Part shown: one piece after another, positions 14,810-21,489 of the stretch
Layout: every line of letters starts with the position of its first letter
Position numbering within the stretch: position 1 is the first letter of the stretch
From: a virus
Lineage: Duplodnaviria; Heunggongvirae; Uroviricota; Caudoviricetes
DNA: 27,649 nt
Virus record (IMG/VR): IMGVR_UViG_3300049174_000031
Direction: 5' to 3' (one strand)
Translations under genes and position numbers: made by a program
The notes under the pieces: model-generated
What the model was told of the DNA's origin: nothing
The model's database searches: none
Seen by the model: only the letters and a program-made list of their open reading frames with translations

Positions 14810-15036
14810 TTCGCTCCCGCCCTCTTCATCGCCGCGAACACCTCTTCGGGGGTTTCCCGAAGCTCGTAGGTTTTCGAGCCGAGATCCACGCTTGACCCCT
14901 TGATGTCGTGGTGGAAGGTGACCGGCCTGACTGCGGTGATGCTGTCGATCCGCAACCAGACCGATTGATTGTTGATCTGCTGGAACTCAACGAACACCAC
15001 GTCGTCGCGGCCGTACTCCCAGATGTCGGTACTCAT
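14806..15036 (-). CDS. hypothetical protein, 76 aa
   Basis: ATGA overlap; VWLRIDSITAV...ELRETPEEV, a pattern seen in small FlbD-like phage proteins. Confidence 0.7.
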   Translation of the reverse strand: MSTDIWEYGRDDVVFVEFQQINNQSVWLRIDSITAVRPVTFHHDIKGSSVDLGSKTYELRETPEEVFAAMKRAGAK

Positions 15037-15344
15037 TCGTCCTCCCAATCCATGAAGTCCTTGAAGGCCTGCACGCAGGCCGGGCACAGCTCAACGTTCT
15101 CGGTCACGTCATTGGCCATGCCGCCCTCAAGACGCTCGGTGAACCGGATCACCGCCCAGTGGTCCGGGCGGCGCACCCGCGGTGACTTGACGGCCTCGCC
15201 CACTTCCTCGCAGCGGTCGCAGGCCCAGCCGATCTTGCGGATCTCCCGGCTGACACGGCTCTCCCGGAACATCTGGATGAACTTGCGCTCCTGGCGGGTG
15301 AGCTTGTCCCCGGAAATGTTGCCGTGGGTAGGGATGTCGGTCAT
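15033..15344 (-). CDS. Zn-binding hypothetical protein, 103 aa
   Basis: CDRC...CPAC; ATGA overlap. Confidence 0.7.
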   Translation of the reverse strand: MTDIPTHGNISGDKLTRQERKFIQMFRESRVSREIRKIGWACDRCEEVGEAVKSPRVRRPDHWAVIRFTERLEGGMANDVTENVELCPACVQAFKDFMDWEDE

Positions 15345-15664
15345 CCGGCCCCCTTCTCCATCTCCCACAGCTCGACCAGACTGGCCCCGCAATCGTCGCA
15401 ATACTCGTCGTCGGCCGGGACGTGGCCCGCGGTCTCACCCTTCTCTGCCGAGCACTTAGGGCAGGGCTTGCACAGCGGCAGGCCCATCTGGGCGAACTCA
15501 GGATCACGGCAGATGTAGCAATCGTCGCGGTGCACCTCCTTAGTGGAGGTGTGGCCGTCCTTGAGCATCCAGTAGGCCGGGTCGGAGGTTTTCATCTGAG
15601 TGGAGCCGGTGAGACCCAGGCAGGTCCCACCGCACTGTTGCCCACACCAGTGACAGGCGCTCAT
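15341..15664 (-). CDS. Cys-rich hypothetical protein, 107 aa
   Basis: Several CxxC pairs (CHWC, CYIC, CPKC, CDDC). Confidence 0.75.
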   Translation of the reverse strand: MSACHWCGQQCGGTCLGLTGSTQMKTSDPAYWMLKDGHTSTKEVHRDDCYICRDPEFAQMGLPLCKPCPKCSAEKGETAGHVPADDEYCDDCGASLVELWEMEKGAG

Positions 15665-15954
15665 CGCGATCTGCTCCTGTGCCGCCCGGAGTCATGGCCG
15701 AACATGTCGATGACCACGGCCAGTTTCTTCTCCAAGGTGTTGTGCTCGGCGTCCCACTGGTAGCCCATCTTGTCGGCCAGATAGTCCAGCTCGGCGGTGA
15801 TCAGCTCGCCCACCGCGTTGGCCACCATGAGGTTAGCCATCTCCTGCACCTCGGTCTCGTAGGGCCGCTCGGTTTTCATCACGGTGATCAGCGCCTGGAT
15901 GATCTTGAGGTGTTCCGGGGGGCTGAGATCCAGCCCTTTAGTGATCGGCGTCAT
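15661..15954 (-). CDS. hypothetical protein, 97 aa
   Basis: ATGA overlap; MTPITKGLDL... Confidence 0.7.
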   Translation of the reverse strand: MTPITKGLDLSPPEHLKIIQALITVMKTERPYETEVQEMANLMVANAVGELITAELDYLADKMGYQWDAEHNTLEKKLAVVIDMFGHDSGRHRSRSR

Positions 15955-16622
15955 GCGATCTCCTCCAACTGGTGTGGTGCGTCGAGCACGGTGACGATCT
16001 CGTCCAGCGACACCGGGGCGAAGCCCCAGGCATCCAGGCCGACGTGGATCTGTAGGGCCGCTGGGCCCCCGCCGGGGGCCGCGGCGACAGTGACCTTCTC
16101 TGTGGTGTGAGTGTGCCCGTGCAGAATCGGCAACCCCTCGTTGGACAACCGCCACTGGGTGTCGCGGTCCTCGTCGCGATGACGCTCCCCGTCCCCCACG
16201 TAGGGGTAGTGACTCAGCAGCACCTGCTGGGTGGACCCGTCGGGCATGTGGATCTTGCGCCGGGCCGCCATTTGCACGCTCTCGAAGGCACGGAAGTAGC
16301 TCTTCTGGTACTTGTGCGCCTCGCGGTGCATGGGGTGGGCCGGATCGTGGTTGCCCAGGATCAGGTGCTTGACGCCCGGCCGGGCGTCGATCCAATTCAG
16401 CGCCTCGGGCAGATACGCCCTGCTGATGAGCAGATCACCCAGCACCCAGACCAGGTCGCTGGTTTGGACCTTGGAGTCCCAGGCCCGCGCCAGCATGTCG
16501 TCGTGCCAGTCCACCACCTCCTGAGTGACGGCGTGCTTGTCCTCAGGCCAGTCGCCGAACTTGCGCTGGTGGGCCACCGCCCGGTGGCCCAGGTGTAGAT
16601 CTGATGTGAACCAGACGGTCAT
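15951..16622 (-). CDS. calcineurin-like metallophosphoesterase
   Basis: 223 aa from ATG 16622; SDLHLGH, LGD, GNHD, LSHYP, HGHTH. Confidence 0.92.
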   Translation of the reverse strand: MTVWFTSDLHLGHRAVAHQRKFGDWPEDKHAVTQEVVDWHDDMLARAWDSKVQTSDLVWVLGDLLISRAYLPEALNWIDARPGVKHLILGNHDPAHPMHREAHKYQKSYFRAFESVQMAARRKIHMPDGSTQQVLLSHYPYVGDGERHRDEDRDTQWRLSNEGLPILHGHTHTTEKVTVAAAPGGGPAALQIHVGLDAWGFAPVSLDEIVTVLDAPHQLEEIA

Positions 16623-16792
16623 GATGTGTCCTCCTTCCGGCCCAGAAACTCGGCCCTCTTCTTCTTCCACTGCGCGATGAGTTGCTGTCGCTCGGATTCA
16701 CTGAACCCGGCCAGCCGCGGATCGGTGTCGGGATCGTAGTTCGAGCTGGTCTGCAGGAACCTGACGAATTGCATGGCACGTCGCAATCTCAT
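16619..16792 (-). CDS. hypothetical protein, 57 aa
   Basis: Hand translation MRLRRAMQFVRF...GRKEDTS*; ATGA overlaps at both ends. Confidence 0.65.
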   Translation of the reverse strand: MRLRRAMQFVRFLQTSSNYDPDTDPRLAGFSESERQQLIAQWKKKRAEFLGRKEDTS

Positions 16793-17121
16793 AGCTCTTC
16801 CTCCTTCTCGAACTCGTCAGCGATGTAGCGCAGGTTGGCCGGTCGCCAGTCCTGCAGCTCGGGGTCAACCTCCCCGCGGTCCACGCCGTAATTGTGGTAG
16901 CGCTTGGTGGCTTCCACCAGGGTGTCGGCGGCCTCGCGCATGCGCTGGGGCAACCCGGTGTAGTCGGCCGTGTACTGGTACACCCGCTTGCCGTCGGCCG
17001 TGATGGTACGGGTGGTGCCGCACTCACAGGACTGCTCGCGGTGGACGCCGCCCGCGTCGAACGGGCGGCCTTCCGGTGTCCACGCATGGCCGTCCTCGCG
17101 GCACTGGCGCAGGGTTCTCAT
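16789..17121 (-). CDS. hypothetical protein, 110 aa
   Basis: GGAGG RBS; C-x4-H...CEC. Confidence 0.75.
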   Translation of the reverse strand: MRTLRQCREDGHAWTPEGRPFDAGGVHREQSCECGTTRTITADGKRVYQYTADYTGLPQRMREAADTLVEATKRYHNYGVDRGEVDPELQDWRPANLRYIADEFEKEEEL

Positions 17122-17124
17122 GGC

Positions 17125-17484
17125 CTACCTCCGTTTCAGCTCGGGCGTGCGGTGCTGACCCTCCCCGGCCTCGGTCACGAACTCCGCGGAGTCGATCTTG
17201 GTCTCCGAGTCGTAGGTGGGCAGCGCGGCATACCGATCAGTGCTGATGTCGATCATCACCGAGTCGTTATCTTCGGGCCCGATGCGGACCATGGCCCGAA
17301 TGTGCGGCTCCACCAGCTCCCCGGCGATGTGCTCATGGGGCATGGAGAAGGTGATGGGCAGGAACTTCGTCCATTCCAGGTCGGCCAGCTTGTCGGCGTC
17401 GAGTTGGCGGTTGTAGCCGCGCTCATTGCCCGCCTTGGCCGCCTCGATCAGCGCGTCCTTGGTGAAGTAGCGGTAAGTGGTCAT
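17125..17484 (-). CDS. hypothetical protein, 119 aa
   Basis: Preceded by a CAACCAGGAAGGA RBS variant. Confidence 0.75.
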   Translation of the reverse strand: MTTYRYFTKDALIEAAKAGNERGYNRQLDADKLADLEWTKFLPITFSMPHEHIAGELVEPHIRAMVRIGPEDNDSVMIDISTDRYAALPTYDSETKIDSAEFVTEAGEGQHRTPELKRR

Positions 17485-17508
17485 CTCTCGATTCCTTCCT
17501 GGTTGTTT

Positions 17509-17712
17509 CTAGCGGTTCCACCCGCAGGCGGGCGGCTTCTTGGCGTGCTGGCTGCACGCCCAATGCTCGCTGCCGCGGTCGTCGGTGACCTGGGTGGTGG
17601 CGGCACGGAGGCAGCCGACGTTGGCGTTGCCCCAACTACCGGCACGGTCCTGGGCCCAGGTGCGGGCCTCGCAGTAGTGCTCGGCGATGGTGATGTCGCT
17701 GTTGCCGCTCAT
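17509..17712 (-). CDS. hypothetical Cys-containing protein, 67 aa
   Basis: ATGA overlap. Confidence 0.65.
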   Translation of the reverse strand: MSGNSDITIAEHYCEARTWAQDRAGSWGNANVGCLRAATTQVTDDRGSEHWACSQHAKKPPACGWNR

Positions 17713-17927
17713 GATGATCCTTCCGGGTCGTCGTCGCCGACCCAGGTCTTGGCGTGGGCCTTGGCCTCGGCCAGCGAGGGGTAGTAGCCCAGCGCCTCAT
17801 GCGGGTGGGCCCGCCACAGCTCGTACATGGCGTCGATCAGTTGGATGTGCAGCCGGGAGCCGTCGCCCAGATCGGCATACCACTGGCCCATCACGTCAGA
17901 GCGCCAGTCCAGCACGGGGATGCTCAC
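17709..17927 (-). CDS. hypothetical protein, 72 aa
   Basis: GTGA overlap; SLAEAKAHA motif. Confidence 0.7.
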   Translation of the reverse strand: MSIPVLDWRSDVMGQWYADLGDGSRLHIQLIDAMYELWRAHPHEALGYYPSLAEAKAHAKTWVGDDDPEGSS

Positions 17928-18547
17928 AACTGCCTCCCCCGGTGCTGGCCGTCCTCGACCTTGGCCAGCACCACGTCCACCTCGTTGGGCAGCGGCGTCG
18001 AGCGCCCGTCGCCGACCTTGAGCCCGGCCAGGAAGGCGTCGATCCACAGCGCGGTGAGGTGCGCGACGGCCTGGTCGTCATTCTCGGGCTCAGTGGTCTG
18101 GGACAGCCAGCGCATGGAGCGCTGCTGGGCCATGTAGAGCACCGAGCGGTAGTCGAACTGGGCCATGCCGAAGATCTCTTCCAGGTCCACCCCGCTGTCG
18201 GCGTAGCCGTCGTTGGAGCGCACCGCCTCGGCCAGCGCGTAGAAGTGCGGGTGGCTGGGCCGGTCGGGGTGCTTGGGGTCACGCGGCTTGGGTGGCAGCT
18301 TGGCCAGCTCCTCCGGGCTCATCTTGAGCACCTCGGCCATGGACGGGTTGTCCGGGTCCGAGAGCGTGATGTTGTTGCTCTTCAGGAACTCGTAGGGGTC
18401 CTGCCCGGAGTCCATCATGATGTTGGTCAGCGCCGCAGCCGGGCTGACCTTGATCAGCTCTTCGAGCTTGGCGATCTTCTCCGGGTCGGAGAGCTGGCGC
18501 TTGGTCGCCTCGAACAGCTCGTTGATGTTCTCGTCGGAGGTGGTCAT
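17924..18547 (-). CDS. hypothetical protein, about 207 aa
   Basis: ATG 18547 lies 7 nt after AGGAGG and overlaps the upstream TGA. Confidence 0.8.
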   Translation of the reverse strand: MTTSDENINELFEATKRQLSDPEKIAKLEELIKVSPAAALTNIMMDSGQDPYEFLKSNNITLSDPDNPSMAEVLKMSPEELAKLPPKPRDPKHPDRPSHPHFYALAEAVRSNDGYADSGVDLEEIFGMAQFDYRSVLYMAQQRSMRWLSQTTEPENDDQAVAHLTALWIDAFLAGLKVGDGRSTPLPNEVDVVLAKVEDGQHRGRQL

Positions 18548-18702
18548 GCCCATGCCTCCTTGCGCAGCGCCACCCGCAGGGCGGGGCGCTGCGTCTTGCC
18601 GGGATGCTTGACTTCATGCCGCTTATGCGGGCGGCGACGGGCGGCGTTGGCCTGCCCCTGGCGCTTGGCCTGGATGGCCGCGCCGCGACTGACTGTACTC
18701 AT
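18544..18702 (-). CDS. small basic protein, 52 aa
   Basis: Hand translation MSTVSRGAAIQAKRQG...ALRKEAWA*; preceded by CAACCAGGAGGACCACC. Confidence 0.75.
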   Translation of the reverse strand: MSTVSRGAAIQAKRQGQANAARRRPHKRHEVKHPGKTQRPALRVALRKEAWA

Positions 18703-18779
18703 GGTGGTCCTCCTGGTTGGGCGGTGGACCTAGTATAACCAACCCTATAGCGTCTTTAATCCCTGCAGGTCAGAAGGGG

Positions 18780-18879
18780 CGGTGGGGCGTGCAGCTGTGA
18801 CTCGCCCAGTTCAGTCGTGTTGGGGTCCAGATCACGCTTTGGCGGCGTTGCGCACTCCGATTTGACACGCCATCCACCG
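18780..18879. ncRNA. candidate 100-nt structured RNA downstream of rsr
   Basis: Closing helix CGGUGG/CCACCG plus GGCGUG/CACGCC and internal hairpin GACU/AGUC in a non-coding gap; strand not determined. Confidence 0.35.
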
Positions 18880-18888
18880 TCCCGGCCT

Positions 18889-18930
18889 GAAAGGGAAGGG
18901 GAGCCACGGCAGATCGCGACTCCCCTTCCC
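18889..18930 (-). terminator. terminator after rsr
   Basis: 11-bp IR GGGAAGGGGAG/CUCCCCUUCCC followed by UUUC. Confidence 0.75.
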
Positions 18931-18954
18931 AGTCCCCCGAGGGGGGTTGGGGGT

Positions 18955-20628
18955 TTACAGCCGGTCAGCGATGAAGTCGCTGATCAGGGTGGGCACCGCG
19001 GAATCGAACCCGGACACGTCCAGGCTGGAATCATCCCGCGGGTCGGCGATGGTGAACCCGGTCGCCGTCATGCCCACGACCACCTGCTTGACATCATGGC
19101 CAACCTGCTGGCGATACTGCGTCAACGCCTGGAACGGATGGGCCGCGTGGCCCGCCCAGGTCTCATTGTCGGTCAGGATGACAATGCCGTCGTAGTCCCG
19201 CTTGCTCTGCATCGACCACAGCGCCGGGAGGGCGCAGTCGGTCGAGCCGAACGGCAGCCCGGCCACGTACCGGGTCGCGTCATCGAGCCGACGCCGGGGG
19301 CTGATGTCCAGCCGGTCAATCGGGCCCCGCATGGTGTTCAGCACCCCAGAGCCACGGGAGCCGCGGTAGCTGTAGCCGCCGTAGCCGCCCGTGAAGCCGA
19401 CAACCTCGCAGCTGCCCGGCTTCTCGGTGGCCAGGGTGACCAACGCCAGGGCCGCGGAGGCCTCCCGGCAGGTGATCGACAAGTCGCCGATGGAGCTGCC
19501 CATCGACCCGGACACGTCCAGGGCCAGCAGAATGCGCTTATTGGTGGGCTCCACCGCGCCGTAAGCGCTGTAGAACGCCCCGTCGAGCGCGTCCACCAGT
19601 TGGGGGATCGGCGTCCAGGTGCTCTTGCCCCGGAAGCCCTGCCCGGACTGGTAGGTCCGCTGGGCGATCAGCACGTTGATCGGGTGGACCCGACCTCGCT
19701 TCAGCTTCTCCGCGTCACCGAGCTGGATGGCTACATCGGTCACCCAGTTGCCGGGCCCGCCGAACACGTTGGTCAGCCGCGGCAGCTGGCGCATCAGCGC
19801 CGTCTGCGGAATACCCTGCGCGAGCAGCGCCTCCCAGACCTGCGGGGCCTTGAGCGCGGTGTCGGGCAGCATCTCCCAGGTCAGGCCGTGACCACGATTG
19901 ATGATCTCGACCCAGTGCACCTGATTGCTGGCCGCCTTGGCGTCCAGGTAGTCCTGCACGATGGCCAGCTCTGCACAGTCGGCAAAGCCGGGCCCCAGCT
20001 CCTTGCCCGTGATGAAGTCAAAGAGCGCATCACGCTCAGTGCTCTTCGGCCCGTACTGACCCGGCTTGGTCAGCCGCAACAGGTCGCGGTGGGTCCAGTC
20101 CTCGCGGGCCCGGTACTTGGTGACCTGGTAGGCCAGCTTATCCACCGGCTTTTTGAGGTACCAGTCGGCCACCGCCTTGTTCAGCGTCGGCCCGCGCCCG
20201 CGGAACTGCTCCACGTACTTGTTGAACTGGAACACCATGGTGCCGGTGCGGCACACCCGGTGCATGACGGCCATCGCCTTCTGCCGGGTCTCCACGGCCT
20301 CCGCAGAGGCCGCGATGGCCAGCGCGAAGATGGCCTGCTTGTTCTTGGGAGCCCGCCCGGCCTCGCTCACCGCGAGGATGTCGGCGATCATCTCGTCGGG
20401 CTTATTGGCTGCCATCCGAAACACGACCTCGGCGCTCTGGCGAGTCAACTCGGCGGCAGACGTGTAATACGTGTTGCCGTCGGTACCCAGCGTCAGGAAC
20501 CGATGGAAGCGGGCCTCGTCACCGAGCTGGAACACGAAGCCGCCCGCGGTGTTTTTGACCTGATCGGCCCGCGCAGGCTTCGACTGCGGAGTCGAGCGCG
20601 TGTTGATCGAGGTCAGGATGTCAGCCAT
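18955..20628 (-). CDS. rsr: Ro60/Rsr ribonucleoprotein (TROVE + vWA)
   Basis: 557 aa; KNTAGGFVF, RFLTLGT, KYRAREDWTHRDLLRL, MPxTAL-like LPDTAL/IPQTALMRQL, MIDAS DVSGSM, TDCALP, LTDNET. Confidence 0.95.
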   Translation of the reverse strand: MADILTSINTRSTPQSKPARADQVKNTAGGFVFQLGDEARFHRFLTLGTDGNTYYTSAAELTRQSAEVVFRMAANKPDEMIADILAVSEAGRAPKNKQAIFALAIAASAEAVETRQKAMAVMHRVCRTGTMVFQFNKYVEQFRGRGPTLNKAVADWYLKKPVDKLAYQVTKYRAREDWTHRDLLRLTKPGQYGPKSTERDALFDFITGKELGPGFADCAELAIVQDYLDAKAASNQVHWVEIINRGHGLTWEMLPDTALKAPQVWEALLAQGIPQTALMRQLPRLTNVFGGPGNWVTDVAIQLGDAEKLKRGRVHPINVLIAQRTYQSGQGFRGKSTWTPIPQLVDALDGAFYSAYGAVEPTNKRILLALDVSGSMGSSIGDLSITCREASAALALVTLATEKPGSCEVVGFTGGYGGYSYRGSRGSGVLNTMRGPIDRLDISPRRRLDDATRYVAGLPFGSTDCALPALWSMQSKRDYDGIVILTDNETWAGHAAHPFQALTQYRQQVGHDVKQVVVGMTATGFTIADPRDDSSLDVSGFDSAVPTLISDFIADRL

Positions 20629-20668
20629 ATCTTCTTCTCCTTCTGGTTGTGGTTATTCAGTTGTTCAG

Positions 20669-20807
20669 AGGAACGGGCGGGATGGTGCAAACCGGCGTTT
20701 GAGGCAGGATTCCAACCTGCGACCTCCACCGTGTGGGTGGCGCTCTAGCACTGAGCTACTCCGATAATTTTGGAATCGGATAACCGATTCGCGTTCAGCT
20801 CGTTCCT
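20669..20807 (-). ncRNA. Y-RNA-like unit F: scaffold plus tRNA-Val-like domain in canonical order
   Basis: Terminal stem AGGAACG/CGUUCCU; scaffold AGCUGAA..UCGGUUA..CCGG..CCCGCC; D arm UAGCUCAG..AGAGC, CCACC-CACAC-GGUGG, T arm GCAGG-UUGGAAU-CCUGC. Confidence 0.75.
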
Positions 20808-20821
20808 ATGAAGTTGTTTCC

Positions 20822-20945
20822 AGGGCATGGGCGGGGCGTGCCGACCGGCTGCGGCAACTCTGACCCGTTTGCCTTGCACTCCCCAGAGCTGCGGGGAGAG
20901 GTCGTTACTGGTAGCTGATAACCGATTGACTTCAGCTCATGCCCT
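20822..20945 (-). ncRNA. Y-RNA-like unit E: scaffold plus non-tRNA insert
   Basis: Terminal stem AGGGCAUG/CAUGCCCU; same scaffold; no T or D loop. Confidence 0.7.
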
Positions 20946-20955
20946 ATGAAGTTGT

Positions 20956-21100
20956 GAGGGTGCGGGCGGGGGGTTGCAGACCGGAGACCCTTTCGGGCGC
21001 TTGCTCTACCGACCTGAGCTACAGGGCCGAAGCCCTGACGGGATTTGAACCCGCGACCTAGCGATTCACAGTTAACCGATCCACGTCAGCTCGCACCGTC
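20956..21100 (-). ncRNA. YrlA-like Y RNA unit D (circularly permuted tRNA mimic)
   Basis: T arm GCGGG-UUCAAAU-CCCGU, acceptor stem closed by UUCG, D arm UAGCUCAGGUCGGUAGAGC, anticodon stem CGCU/AGCG opening into the scaffold. Confidence 0.85.
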
Positions 21101-21110
21101 TTGAGTTGTC

Positions 21111-21253
21111 ATGGAGGGTGTGGGCGGGGGAGTGCAAACCGACGTTTAGTGACTTAGGCCGCTCGTCCACGGGCCGAAGCCCGGCGGGATTTGAACCCGC
21201 GTCCCTCTTTTGCAGAAAGTTAACCGACTTGCGTTCAGCTCACACCGCTCCAT
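21111..21253 (-). ncRNA. YrlA-like Y RNA unit C
   Basis: Hairpin CUUU-CUGCAAA-AGAG, T arm GCGGG-UUCAAAU-CCCGC, CGGGC-UUCG-GCCCG, D-like arm GAC-GAGCGGCCUAA-GUC. Confidence 0.8.
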
Positions 21254-21266
21254 GTTGAGTTGTCAG

Positions 21267-21396
21267 GTGGGGATGCGGGCAGGGGAGCGCCGACCGGGTA
21301 GCCCCGAAGGGCAATCAGAGACCAAGGCCTCTGACAGGACTCGAACCTGTAATAACCATTTGATAACCGATCATGCTTTCAGCTCGCATCCACCAC
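21267..21396 (-). ncRNA. YrlA-like Y RNA unit B
   Basis: T arm ACAGG-UUCGAGU-CCUGU, CAGAG/CUCUG closed acceptor-like stem, GCCC-UUCG-GGGC in place of the D arm. Confidence 0.8.
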
Positions 21397-21419
21397 ACTG
21401 TTCAGTTCTAAGCCAGGGT

Positions 21420-21489
21420 GAGTCGGGCGGGTTGGCGAGCACCGGGGTAATCATCCCAATTGATAACCGATGCCCATTCAGCTCGACTC
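21420..21489 (-). ncRNA. minimal Y-RNA-like unit A (scaffold only)
   Basis: GAGUCG/CGACUC stem, AGCUGAA, UGGGCAUCGG/CCGGUGCUCG, short apical loop; about 70 nt. Confidence 0.7.

Noticed and set aside
20850-20915. Twister-ribozyme-like words (UAAC, GUGCAAG, GAG) in unit E
   Set aside because: The P4 stem, the second pseudoknot and P1 cannot be built by eye; insufficient for a call.
20669-21396. Functional tRNA genes in the array
   Set aside because: Units B-D are circularly permuted with loop-closed acceptor stems; unit F has a 5-nt anticodon loop, a mutated T loop and no proper acceptor or CCA end.
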